NCBI GenBank assembly: GCA_002868945.1
Contig: PKTX01000068.1
Location: 4,505 to 68,504 of the forward strand
Direction of reading: 5' to 3'
DNA from: Desulfobulbaceae bacterium
GTDB lineage: Bacteria > Desulfobacterota > Desulfobulbia > Desulfobulbales > SURF-16
Length of the DNA: 64,000 nt
How positions within the stretch are numbered: position 1 is the stretch's first letter; each line of letters begins with the position of its first letter. The translations under genes were made by a program, and so were the position numbers. This document shows positions 53,301 to 61,500 of this stretch, piece after piece. The notes beneath the pieces were generated by a model. The model saw only the letters and a program-made list of their open reading frames with translations. It did not search any database and was not told the origin of the DNA.

Positions 53301-55542
53301 ACCCGGCAGTAGCCGCTATACCAGGACCTGGAGTCCCACCGAGGACGATGAGGGCAACCGTAGGATACGCTTCCGGGCCACGGACGGGGCCGGCAATGTC
53401 TCGGAGCCGGTTGCCGTTGATTTTGTTGTTGAGCTGAAGACACCTTTCGAGAAGCTCGAAGGCAGTCTCTCGGTCAGTCCGAGCGTTGCCTACCAGGGCC
53501 AGGAGCTGAGGCTGCCTGTTACCATCAATAATGTCAGTAAAAAGGATCTGGCCAATATCACCGCTCGCGTCATCCTGCAAGACAAGGCTGATGACACCAC
53601 GGTAGCCAGCCTTGACAAGGAAGTCTTGCTGTCGGCCCTGACCACCTACCCGGATAGCTTTACTTACTCCAGCCTGGAACTCGAGGCCAAGGGGTATCGG
53701 GCCGTACTGCAGGTGATCTCGCCGGAGGAGGGGACCCGCGACCTCGCCACTGCGACCTTCACCATCAAATCCTCCCTGGCCGTCAATAAACAGATCTCCA
53801 GGCCGACAAACCTGCTCGTCTGGCTCAATACCCGGTGCAGGCACCATCGCCATCGTCACCAACAACATCAGCAGCATGACTATGGGTTTGGTGATGACGA
53901 TGATGACCATCATGTCCAGCGCAACAAAGACGAGAAGCAGCATCGCTGCACCAAGGCCTGCTTTGTCGCACCTGACTGTGATACTGACTGCCTCCGCCTC
54001 GATTTGCTGGAGGACATTCTGGAGGATGCCACCGATCACTACGCCCTCGTCTTTGATCGTGACGAGTTCCGATTAGAGCTTCGTAACCCCCTCTTTACCG
54101 ATATTGTCATCCTCGGGGACCAGCACCCTTTGACCGACCATTTTGACGAGGAGCTGCGCGACAAGGTCTACTCCGGTTCCGGTTTGATCGTCTCCGGCAG
54201 GCAGTCGCATACATTCTTTGCAGGTCACGACCATGATGACATCCTCGGGGTGGATGAAAAGGGCACCATTGCCGGTCAACACGAGGTTACTATCACCACC
54301 ACGACAAGCCCCATCTCTGAGGCAGACAGCTTTGCCGTTCGGGGCCAGGTTGCCAAGGTCGAGGCGGAGTCCGAGGCGACTATTGCCGCCTGGGCCAGCT
54401 ACGAGATCGCCTGCCCGCCGTCAAAATGGCCATGGCCTGGCAAGGACGACGACAAGGCAAAGACAGAGCAGACCCCTGCCATTGTCCTGCACCGCTACGG
54501 CCTGGGCGAGACCATCTATTATGGTTTTGAGCTCATGGCCAACCTCGACGACGCCTCCTTTCCGCAGCTTTCCGGTCTGATAACAAGAAGCCTGGCCCAT
54601 ATCCATGACAGTTCCGAGGATTTGACCGGGTTTTATCCCTATCAGCTGGTCAAGGTCCAGCGGCAGGTGGAAAGCCTGAGTGATCTCTTCACCATCGAGG
54701 TGCGCGAGGAGAGTTCTGCCGAACTCCTCCTCTTTGACCCGGAAAGCAACCAGTGGCTCACGGACAACCCGTGGACCATCACCATGGATCTCGAGGCCAA
54801 GGCAACAGTTGATTTGCCCTTCTATGTCCTGCTGCCCGACCAGGCCGGTCTGTTTACCACCAGTACGGAGGTGGGCTTCTGGATAGACGAGAAATACGTC
54901 CCCTTTGCCAGCCTGCTCACCGAGTTTGATCTCAGTCATGATCGTGATCAGCTCATCGACCAGCTCCTGGCAGAGGTTGCCGGGCTGCTGGTGAGCCGCA
55001 AGGAAAGGGGGCATGTCCGGGCCATTGAGACGTATCTTGCCAAGGTGGAGGGCCGGCCGCTTTTAACCGCCGAAGATATTAATAGAAATATCCACGACAT
55101 CGAGAAGGCGGTGAACGCCCTGCTCCGCATCGATAGTGCGGATATTCATCCCCTGCGTCTTGGGCTTGCAAGGCTGCTGCGCATCGAGCAGGGGCGCTTT
55201 TACTACTTCGTGCCGCCGCTTGATTATCTCACCGGGACGCTCACAGGGCCTCAACTTCCTCTGCAAAGCCGAGACACGGGCCGTTTCACCTACACCCTCA
55301 CCAACGACCAGGACGTTCATTTTGACGAACTTACGGTGCGGGTGCGGCTCGTGGAGGCGGCGAGTTGTTGGCCGCTCAGGGAAGAGGAGGAGAGAGAGCT
55401 GCCGGCCGTAAGCAGTGTGGAGGGCGAATTTCTGGTGAAGACCAGGAGGGCCAAACCTGGCACCTACCAGGCCATCCTCGAGGTCGGCCTTGATGGTGGC
55501 GATTACCGGGAATTGGCCCGAACCACCTTTGAGATCATCTAG
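38356..55542 (+). CDS. Giant (about 5,730 aa) secreted multidomain protein: zincin-like HExxH domain, prenyltransferase/squalene-cyclase-like repeats, CARDB, FlgD-like, TolB/PD40-like propellers, Ig/FN3, discoidin-like
   Basis: Single uninterrupted ORF; signal peptide ending AQA-D; HELLH; Q..DG[GS]W repeats; VDP...[IV].E..E.NN repeats; [FI]SPN.DG..D; WSPDG; start placed at ATG 38356. Confidence 0.9.
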   Translation: MGSISRGEFRWIAKLFYILFIVTFCSYGSAQADFIAQTIDQQGSVTVMQVTGDYSADLSNGSPNPLPRQEIAKEFYKTHADDYDFLVIFSNFDFQMPALEAAAFYLGVKNDTHGIGQDLFDHSGSFGSAGRLQGTIDMGNVASLATDPLSPEFSLTLGLLSHELLHRWAARSSFQRLDGVISSDLLGMGGNHWSFLLDTAGSLQYGNRWVDNGDGTFTSLPGRKYFSPIDLYLMGLLEKSQVPPMLLIDNKEVDPAQLTKSGVTISGQASYVTIDDIIAADGERIPGYTDSQKDFNIGCILVTQPGTYTGSELQGINNLANAWPVWFSSLTGGVGKIALNAEALDTLPSNPGIVEPVVDPRSAPPEVQDGVAWLQNHQLADGSWQDASRTMGRDTAEAVAALANFTTATTHVADGIQWLTNHEPFHLDFIARKIEVMALTGNDASVWLSELVGRQNPDGGWGSQRNYLSNPSDTGLALRALSGANFSDEQTVGRAVSYLLGNQHADGGWGNNDQGSMVETTVNVLMAFEKYLDLYDVSAARQAAVDWLLTKQNEDGGFGNSPSTIYNTAAALMALKELGISGEAPDKALAYILERQTATGSWAESPYQTAMAIEAIWHSTQEPDLVIPNDAITLSPAIISQIPSTLTLTASLWNIGLTDVADVKVALYADVIADSAKLSEQVVSIAGQSTVPLSFAVEVDDGEAHRYYLVVDPDDAVEESSESNNTVLKTIYPDATYDFELTSAGLTVSPVTVDFLQDVTISATVKNSGTRSAYSVPVRYSAITPSGQIDIATVTVDVPAGSSATKEVTWRADQVGSDMDVVVSVDPDNSLLELDESNNSGTSKVTVNAATDPNLTVNHQDILITPSPASQGDNAIITALIKNQGFSTANNITVEFYVGVPGVDGVLLGRQVIPSLNAAESTTVGIDWQNIPAPGEKVITVVVDPANTIQEIAEDDNSSFVTLPILNLPDFAVHTGSISFLPAVPKDGDVVTINVVVQNLGEQGREDVSVHYYEGESVISTEVIPVFGGNSQQELSFTYDTLNKSGSHQFRLVVDEQNLVVEQREDNNQATRILGVQNADLWLSERYISPNGDGIQDSTEFFFRLESAQTVRVEVVNSKGFVNRTFAGGDLEETLGSTLTWDGLADKGTVVADGEYQIRVVDGGGSVLAALPVTVDNDRSPLTEAIGTDYLLQNNITCELPDIGYLNWSKTWLWNWTPDESGIVFLINNWDELLPDYPAGFYSMGPDGSDISPYFPTSWQDDSIYSYYYEFGLGMALSQYSQKLAFIRTIYKKSTSARDYEVQELWAVDRSGANLTLLDSYLTNESKIEFAGDEDYMPVGAWSPDGSKFAYFIRKNSGSRDEAEEGKLYIVNADGSGKIEIPIGVVTYYAGYPLKWSPDGKFLAYTAFDPDDDYLLELGIVDGADGSKLAVDNVARGYETYFLWTQDSSSVVYLTSAWAVGLDDADQALLSLNTAGEQKLLWQTEDWVRFDTVDDSIYGPPFTLFDDNTIVISAYDYDIGEQQIYLIDIHGVAENNRQYTQVESMVIDGGTGYDESNYYGDCEDYAVSSASGLVAYADCSDDTGSIKVCDSLGGCTKYENGQPPAGSVGWGSPYDLRWSADGRRLAYIAQLPVEENGHIANNFLDTVVILDVGSGDKKLFVLGVAENEPFAEAATRVYYENTLQWMGDNVSVMGSDENGTFVVDSENGVLNYLPIEAYDYYPEEVRLSPLGNYITVNSYKDTVTPCASSTNIWSISSLLNLKAVLAVTKDSSALYLKGTAADRNFESFTLEYADLDNPTLWQLIAPPTYSPRVNEDFTSWVPPYEGNFLIRLTVRDKAGNEASSRKRVSWGMSASLTNLYQTENIFSPNGDGVKDSVNLHYSVTEPIHLEFFIYDEDGLLVNSYSKDHSAAGVDYVTWDGRNSIGQVVEDGDYVIKVFDYSFGFTVDTSPPQARIGFSGLYFADSLLKARLEGHVDDENLLEWIVEYGEGINPQEWHEYLIGTASVLGDGLFKALSGGSLGFAVNKQFRITAKDEAGNVGIALTSDLLEEALLITRFDESFFSSGKDEQGEWQTLDRVSLDKNIPGKHSFTVNETYISSLSSVNVQYRIGQEWINAPDYSAGLSAFAVIPWDNSTLAYNEIEAMRVRATTESGQEVFSNVLLWAADLEPSEEIFYAGLCYDESSLEKYKGAALLNLPEDSVQVKFQYSDSSEDVWTDFLGVGVVTVPNSIVFYPYQYLGDDNYLIRMVGESFENEYFSDSIAYPPTTKCESDVSPPSGGGGDSSSSSKPALFLSVVLAEAEGCNNVAPGLATISASPLYVDAILFRSLSYYLENDSGSRLLKTFDLTSEPWGEAVVDTNLLAEGAYTVKAVFEYEQDSNSETLTAQSIFFVDRTLPIARLTGFCPALFDDPISGTKWSGLKIDGIAEDNKGVKRYSLFYGYGENPTSWEPALNHDGYQITGGSRDGLLGVWDYSKLKWDTYTILIKTVDRAGNISCDTKLFTINETGRLNASLDTFLFSPNTDGKNDFLNISYDFTEPATITTEVWNNDGLVRQISSSESLGAPETIVWDGKDAAGPDGQPVEDGVYTIRIQATDSCGAAEQLSFQVTVDNTPPEVSISSPQVADNLAMLVPVAGVTTDIHFEQYILEAISDTATNQISIGFSPVSEQQLGSWNINGLEGQWSLRLVATDRAGNSSEALVPFNLGARNDLLKALLAEPEIFSPNDDGKRDSAEIRYELAQPSNAKLEIFDESSTLIESADLGAVEQGSYSFVWQGNDGTTAYPDGNYQVALTVSLASDPTISQREVVKVTLDNTLPVIDISSPQDQVFLQDPQTIEGSLGDDNIATYSLVLEDENGVVWEEQGAQSRLDYVFTLIGDLVDGTYSLTTTVTDQAENLSSNTIAFVVDKTAPGLLIQSPQNGELFGGVNDLVQIIGNLEEVNLDHFVLRYGAGNEPSLWTELVAGDVLPNNDELASLTVGKDAGISDGIYTLSLLAIDKAGWESEVRVGFEVDNTPPEVTFLAPMAGGYVTQPLAIIGSVLDQNLREYSVSVSPGDCIDAYKWQTLATSYSVVNNGDLASWKILPSDGKYCLDIEAEDANDFVAKQKIDVQVDTLPPAPPVLTGLIEKRLNAALSWSQSGEADLAGYNLYKDGKRINENLLNALEYSEVNLPEGEYVYTVKAVDHAGQESVSSNEIALLVDVTGPSVNIASPQNDDVVSDLITIKGGAYSSGDFKEYRIYVGVGSNPSEWQQIRRSPVPIPYGDLASWDTLGLAVGQYAIKLEAEDLLGNVSSAVVEVSIDNEPPSPPVLLSATPTNADVDLVWQTNSETDVAGYLLYRNHQLVNAPTGTVVDDMSLYLIDGTAIIDSGVPDGTFVYYLEAMDNAGNISGQSNSLEVSIDMRPPHAEIVTPQTGHVFEYPLTVKAESIDSDVATVQFQYKRASDSVWQDLQKVSTVPFVISFDPSVKGEPYGDFNLRSIATDQAGKVDPFPEEIVVTYTDLTPPQPPVGLASLTQGGQVNVEWQANSETDFAGYNLYQLIGESRVKLNTALLETTTFLHQGDQGLDLEDGTYVYGLTAVDGHGNESKLSSPVEALIYAPLLQQSYTPTLEAQSVLIGTAQPQAQVELWLENDQQNIILGTPQANVDGSFTHQVDLLPGENSFFAKATDVIGNASKPSEQMVVVLSALPSMPTGLDVIVDGYNATATWNANSEADILGYQLVRNDQEVEPTSLVSSGVTHASDSDWTSSRAFDGSSSSYWGSNNYSDVFGPVWWQLDMPEQKMVNEVAIEWRQSGDTIYCASDFEIQVWSGYGWVTKEKISGNSAPQNTFDWDQAYRTDKIRIYITDLTPLDNGSKYVSIFEVRVSEEHVISSTSYSDTGLTDGEYQYQVAAINEHGFKGPLTPISEVTVGDVVAPEPPINLLATVTGSDVQLTWAANSEVDLAGYNVYLQKETDWVKLNTDLVQEAAYLHGGLRNGSYSYRVTAVDGVGNESQPSQVATADIEIALPFSSPLLAITAPAEGSSLFLTWGEVSLAAGYNLYRSTSVGGPYTKTHTAPLNAQSYNDSGLTNGISYYYVATAVDSLGNESAYSNEVMATPNKTLIPVKPTLLSPTTTGVPLTVQQETVRVAGWAEPFSSVELYSGNLSLGRTYATGSESTEDYNLSDYVSQATMSPDGHNMAYLSWSSFYIYNTVTEEAQYLGRNAESPSWAPDGKRLAYVMYDSSWDMRLHIYEVENDTSSLLISDQDVQERYPSWSADGAKIAFVSSRNNSQGIWLKDLITGELTELVSDVYPNYIALAPDARHLVFSQGGTLYLVDLVTKTKTTIDEALNSRADYGNTPCWAPDSTLLAFASSRQGDVYIYVVDIATGEINKLTDIASESSPFAWSPDGARLLYVERQSGMIWSVDVAEPGARELVASEDPFSVRSVHWPKSGEIYYVTNYTLSKIRPAGLFTFEDVPLAIGDNILTAISTDSSENVSPSSDPTTVTLDAGAFTDLVVEPADILVNPIAPLSGDMTSIAVAVRNESGVVAENVDVSLSMWEPGGQVVELTTVTVDTIQPYNEALIQVAWDSTAKAGEFTILATADVSGKILEVSEVNNFASSSFHVALEEGIGFTMQTDKDSYAENEQVAIDLRLHNSGIAQGVTLKVDIEDGNSVQISSFDDINAALTYGGAEAYSLTWNTATTYAGTYQVRGQVFDAAGSLLREEVAPFTLEPNDCLEAALSLAQSSFGPREDVRMTGDLINCGSNYNQPELSVHFTINDGENPLHDQSYDLPWLLADGEARLNDQWNTALQSPGDYTAQLEVSRDNVIQAAASQSFTIEPVVLLAGSVKADPSVSFLGRPVGVDYLVANNGNTTASGLEFTIIVQDAQTGAVVAEASHTLGLDVSATYNSRLDINGSVFRLGSYNVLLQAERAGEVTTLATDTLLIKDGTPPVVEPLSPLAAEVYNGPLSFAVNATDNATGIKSVEYSLDGIKWLPLPAAAPGSSRYTRTWSPTEDDEGNRRIRFRATDGAGNVSEPVAVDFVVELKTPFEKLEGSLSVSPSVAYQGQELRLPVTINNVSKKDLANITARVILQDKADDTTVASLDKEVLLSALTTYPDSFTYSSLELEAKGYRAVLQVISPEEGTRDLATATFTIKSSLAVNKQISRPTNLLVWLNTRCRHHRHRHQQHQQHDYGFGDDDDDHHVQRNKDEKQHRCTKACFVAPDCDTDCLRLDLLEDILEDATDHYALVFDRDEFRLELRNPLFTDIVILGDQHPLTDHFDEELRDKVYSGSGLIVSGRQSHTFFAGHDHDDILGVDEKGTIAGQHEVTITTTTSPISEADSFAVRGQVAKVEAESEATIAAWASYEIACPPSKWPWPGKDDDKAKTEQTPAIVLHRYGLGETIYYGFELMANLDDASFPQLSGLITRSLAHIHDSSEDLTGFYPYQLVKVQRQVESLSDLFTIEVREESSAELLLFDPESNQWLTDNPWTITMDLEAKATVDLPFYVLLPDQAGLFTTSTEVGFWIDEKYVPFASLLTEFDLSHDRDQLIDQLLAEVAGLLVSRKERGHVRAIETYLAKVEGRPLLTAEDINRNIHDIEKAVNALLRIDSADIHPLRLGLARLLRIEQGRFYYFVPPLDYLTGTLTGPQLPLQSRDTGRFTYTLTNDQDVHFDELTVRVRLVEAASCWPLREEEERELPAVSSVEGEFLVKTRRAKPGTYQAILEVGLDGGDYRELARTTFEII

Positions 55543-55576
55543 CGATTTTGCCATACGTCTTTAACGAGTTATTTCT

Positions 55577-58500
55577 ATGAAGAGCTTTATGCCGCGTTTA
55601 CATAGCCTGCCGTTTCTTTTTCTGTTGCTTCTCTCTTTATTGCAGCCGGTTACATCCCTGGCAGCAAGTTTTGACCTGGAAAAGGAGGTGCAAACCTCCC
55701 TGGGCCAGATGCTGAGGCAGACCAAGAAAATCCAGACCCGCCTTGCTGAAGGCAGGCCAATAGCACATGAGGTGTCTGCCCTTAAAAAACGGGCGGCAGC
55801 AATGGCTCGCCAGCATGAGGCTCTGCAGGAGCGCTTCCGCAGCCGCGGAGATGCGGTGAATATTCATGGCCTGAAAATATGGCAGCGCCACCATGAGGTG
55901 TTTAGCCGATATCAAGAGACCATGGAGCGCATTTTGGCGCTGATCGATCTCCTGCCTGCTGACGGTTCCGTCACTGCCGAGGAGATAAACACCCTCCACA
56001 ACCTGCTCAACTCTGTTCTGCCCAGGAAAAAACAAAGAATTCTCGGCACCCTGCCGTACCGGAATCTCAATTACGGTGCAGTTGCCGCCCGCACCGAGCC
56101 AACCATTGTCCCGGCCTATAAGGGCGGCAACAAGGTGGTGGCAGAGCCTGACCTTGCCGGTTCGCCGGAGGCCCCCATCTCCCGGCCCATTGCCGAACTT
56201 GCTGAGAGTCTGCACTGGAACCCGGTGGAGATCTACCAGTGGGTCAAGGATAATATTAAGACCGAATGGTACTGGGGCTCCATGAAGGGAGCGGAGCAGA
56301 CCCTGCTGCAAAAAAGCGGCAATGATGCCGATCAGGCGGCGCTGCTGGTGGCCCTGCTGCGCTCGTCCGGTTTCCCCAGCCGGTATGTGCGCGGTGTTAT
56401 CGGCTTTTTCCCGGACATGGGGCGGGCCCGGCAGCTGCTGGGCATTGACAGCAATCAGGAACTGGCCGCCTTCTTTCAGAAGGCAGGCATCCCCTTTACC
56501 ATTGAGACAGTGGGGGGCGAGCTGGTTATTAATATCGAGCATATCTGGGTGGAGAGCTTTATCCCCACCGCCAATTATCGCGGCGCCGTAATAGACGAAC
56601 ATGGTAAGGCGTGGCTGGCCTTTGATACGGCCATCAAGGCCGAGGTGTCCTACAGCAGCCTGGCCGATACCATGAGCGCCTTCAGCTTTCATGATCTTAT
56701 CGCCGGCTATCTGGGTAGTAGCCGCAGCGAGAGCTTCAGCGACTACAGCCGGGCCGCCATTGTCGATTATTTGGCCAACCAGGCGCCTGAATCGACCTTT
56801 GCCGATCATCTGCTGAGCGCTACGGTGGAGCCGGAACGGTTGGAACTGCTGCCTGCCAGCCTGCAGTTCAGCCAGCTGGCCATCACCGGCGAGTACACCA
56901 GCCTGCCGGACGACCTCATTCATCAGGGCCGTTTTGTGGCCCAGTCCGCAAGCGGTGCTATCTTTTTTGACGAGAGTCTGCCGCTTCATCAGCTCTCCAA
57001 CCAGTCCATTGCCCTGACCTACGAGCCGGAAACCGTGGAGGATCAGGAGGTGATCAACTCCTATGGTGGGCTCAGTAACACGCCGGCCTATCTCATCCGC
57101 CTGCGTCCTGTTCTCACTGTGAACGGTCAGCGGCTGTTCATTGGCCAGGGCGGCATGGCAGCGGGCGAGGATTTTTCCTTCAAGGTTGAACTCGTAACGC
57201 CCCACGGCCCGGAGACCGTCGAGAACCAGGTGACCTGCGGTAATCTCGTTGTCCTTGGCCTGGTTAGCCAGCAGGTGGTGATGCCCGAGGAGCTGGTCAA
57301 TACCCGCAAGGGTGCCGAGCGCCTCCTCTTTGAGCAGGCCTTGAGCTATATCGAGTCCTGGAACAAGGCAGAGCAGGAGCAGACCGCCCTCCTGCAGCTC
57401 CAGCTCTCCCGCCCCATTCCATCCCTGATCACCATGGGTGGCGTGCTGGACGTCACCTATCTCTTTGATACGCCCTACAGCTATACCTGGAAGGGATTGT
57501 TTGTCGATGCCGACCTGCGTGCGGCTGAAACCGTTTCAGGCCTGGCCCTGCAGGACGGCAGCGAAACCGGCACCACCTTCATGCGCCTGGCGGCCCTGGC
57601 CGGTTCCGTGGAGGAGCATCGCGTCTTTGAGCAGGGCTTTGGGGTGGATAGCATCTCCACCGCCAAGATCTTGGGCCTGGCTGCTGAAAACGGTATGGAG
57701 ATCATCACCGTCGATAGTAGCAATATGGCAACCGTGCTGCCTACCCTTAATCTGCCGACGAGCGTCCGTGAGGATATCGAAAACAGTATCGATCAGGGCT
57801 TGCTGGTACGTATCCCGGCAAATGAGTTGAGCCGCAATAGCTGGAGCGGTATCGGTTACATCAAGGAGGATCGGCTCAGTGGCGAGGCCGGCTACATGCT
57901 CGCTGGCCTGCTGGCCGGTGGCATGACTACCCCTGCGCCGGGCGACTGGTCCGATTATTTCATCCGTGATCTGCTTGCCAACCCCTTCAGCGAGGCCCCC
58001 AACACCAATCCCGACGCCGTTACCGCCTTAAAAGTCATCCACGCCAGCGACTTTCAGGAGGGCATTGTCGGTCAGCCCCTGGCCACACCGCTGCAGGTCA
58101 TTGCCCTGGACAAGGACGGCCTGCCAGTGGCGGGCGTCACCGTTACCTTTTCGGTACAGGCGGGCGGCGGCGCCTTTGATGCCGGCTATGCCAGCAAAGA
58201 GGTAACCGTTCTCACGGATAGCAGTGGTATCGCCCAAGCACCTTTTTATCTCAGCAAGAGTACGTCGGAGAACCCGGCCTATCGCTGGATGACAACCGCC
58301 GTCACCCACCCTTATAATATCCAGAGCGCCACCAATACCAACAGCCCCCGAGTGGATGCCAGTATCATCGATGCCCAGACCACAAGCGGCATCATGGTTG
58401 CCAGCCCCATCACCGCGCTGGCCTTCCCGGATCAGCCGGTAAAGATGGTCAAGCTTCTCGGTGACAACCAGAGCGGCGCTCTCCTCACCTGGCTCGGACC

Positions 58501-61500
58501 GGTGATCGTCTCTGTGCAGGACCAGTACGACAACCCGGTGTCAAACGTCGATGTCACCTTTACTATCGCCGACCCAGTGGAACAGACGCCCTGCGCCAAG
58601 GCCAATCAGGACAGCCGTCCCGGCCTGCTGGTTTCCGTACTGGACCCCTGCATGAGCCAGGTGCCGGTCTATGGCGAATGCGGCAGCCCACAGCTGACCT
58701 TTACAAGCTCGGACCAGGGCAGCCCGGCCCAGATCATCCTGGGGGCCGTGCCCGATGCCGTCTATAAGGTAACTGCCAGCGGCGCCGGCCTGCAGCAGGT
58801 GTTTTCTGCCACCTCCCTGCCCTTTGGTAACTGTGACGACCAGAGCTTTCCGGAGCATAACCTGGTGCTTAAATCCATCTACCTGGCCGACGATAATGGC
58901 CAGACCATCAATGCCGGCCAGGTGGGCAGCTCCATCCCCCTTCAGGCCAGGATGTATTTTGCAAGCGAAGGCATGGAGGAGAGGGACGTCACCTTTAGCT
59001 GCAGCCCGGACAAGACCTGTCCGGTGGAATATGGCAACCGCACCTATAGCATCAATACCGATTTTGTCAGCGACTCGCTCACCTTCAATGGTCAGCAGGC
59101 CAGCGGCGGTGCCGGCACTGCCGGCCTCTACAGCCTGGATTACCAGGTGCCGGCTACACCGGGCAAGCACACCGTTGCCGTCCAGGGCACTGCCTCCACC
59201 TATTTTCATACCATCCCTGATGTCTGCACGAGCTGTGACGAGATAAATGAGGAGTTGTCCTTGGATGCCTCCGCCAGCCTCGAGGTCTACGCCGTTGAGG
59301 TGGTGACCGAGCCGAGCCTGGTGGTGCCTGTTGATCCGGCCGGTGTGCTGGCCTGTGACCTCCGGATTGACTATGAGATTCTGCCGGCCGACTACAGTGC
59401 CGGCAGCGCCTATGTCATTATCTCCGACGGCGAGCAGGAGCTCTTTCATATCCCTGGCGACTTACAGGGCCAGGGCTTTGTTACCCTGTCTCGCGGTTTC
59501 CCCTTTGAGATCAACAAGCAGTACAGCGCCACCGTGGTCCTCAATTATGGAGCCGGCTATTCAGAGGTTCGTTCCAGCACCATCCCCTTTGAACTCGGCC
59601 AAATAACCATCGACGCCTTGAGCCTCCAGGACGGCAAGCATGCGGTCATGCAGGGTAGTGATGAAGTCCTGCTGGCCCGCACCACGCCGGCTGGCCGCGA
59701 GGTAACCTACGAGATCGTCGCTGTCACCGAAGAGGTGGAGGCCGAGATCTTTGAGGGCAATAAGATCAAGGCCCTGCCGCACAGCAATAACGGCTACGCC
59801 ACGGTCAAGGTGACGGATGCCGAGTTCCCCTGCATCTATGAGCTTGTCGATGTGCCCATCGGCTGCCAGTCCTGCGCCACCGAGGCCGGGGTCATGTGTA
59901 AGTATAACGCCAAGTTTAATAACGGCAGTATTGATGCGGTCTTTAATATCGGTGCTGCTTCCAACGGCGGTATCGCCGGCAGCCTGATCCTGCGCGCCAA
60001 GCAACCCTCCACCCTGTTGGCCCAGCCCCAGGGCCTGCGCTTCTCGTCCCTTGCCGGCGGCGAGACCGAGGTGGTGGTTGACCCGGCCAGCGGTACGGTG
60101 GCCCAGCTTATCGCTCCGGCCTCCCTGGCCGATATCCAGGTGCTCAGCCCCTTTAGCTACCAGATCAGTCTCTATCCCATTTCTGCCAAAGGCGACATGG
60201 TGGATGGCCGCTACGAGATCGACCAGGAAAGTGTGCCCATCACCAGCTGGACCATTGAGAATCCGGCCCAGTCCGACACTGATTTTGGTACCCTGCGCAT
60301 CACCGAAGAGCGCGGCAAGACCTATGTCAGCGAGTATCACTGGGACGAGGCCACCAACGCCTGGACCCTGTCCCAGGGCAATGGCCAGCAGTTGGAGAGT
60401 AAGAGCGAGTCCGTCAACCTCGACGGTGACCGGGTGGTTACCCGCATCATCAGCGATAGCCAGGGTGTGGTGGCCTCAAAGACCGTTACCACCTACCATT
60501 ACTTCCCCTGGGGTGAGGAGATCATCTCGAAGGTGGTTGATCCGGACGGTGCAAAACTGACCACCATCTACAGCTACTACGAGGATATCGACCAGGTCGG
60601 CAGCTACAGCCGCCTGCGCCAGGTGGTTAATGCCGACGGCTCCTGGCAGCGCAGCGAGTATGACGAGTTGGGCCGTACCATTCGTGAGATTAGCAACTGG
60701 CTCGATGCCCCTGCCACGGCCTCTGCCGGCGAGGCCCGGATGGTGAGTTACGACTACACCCCGGTTGATCCAGGTGACCAAGACGCCCCCCGTTTCCGGA
60801 TGAGTCCGCGCACCACCACCGAGACCATCCTCGGCACCGTGGTCAGCAAATCCTTCAAGGCTTACATTGGTGACGGCCTGCTCTCCGATCGTCAGGAGAT
60901 CAGCGAGCAGTGCACCACACCTACCTGCTCCTACGGCAGTGCAGACAACCAGCGCACCGTCACTACCTATTACCTGTCCAATAACGTTGATCCCACCACC
61001 ATGCGGGTCCACCCCTCCTCGGGTAAGGTCAAATCGGTGTTGAGTGCTGATGGCCAGCTCACCAGCTATACCTATGAGACAGGCACCTTTACCACGAGCG
61101 GCACCCCGGACCAGTGGGCCTTCACTCCGGGCGATGGCTGGGACAGCAGGCAAATCGTTACCCACGGCACCCAGGCCAGCCCGGCTGGTGTGGCTGCTAA
61201 AACCACCAGGTCTATCACCATCAGCAATCGCTATAAACAAACCCTGTTTAACGAGACCCAGGTCTATACCGGCTCCGGCTATGAGCGCCTTAACTGGTCG
61301 GCCAATACCCTTGATGACCTGGGCCGCATCGCCAAGGTAGAACGCTCCGACGGCACCTACACCGAAACCGCCTGGGGCTGCTGCAATAAAGACAGTGAAA
61401 CCGACAGCCAGGGTAATACCACCACCTACCAGTACGACAACCTGCGCCGCCTGGTCTCCCAGGAGCGCCAGGGTCCCAACCTAAGCGCCATTACCACCGA

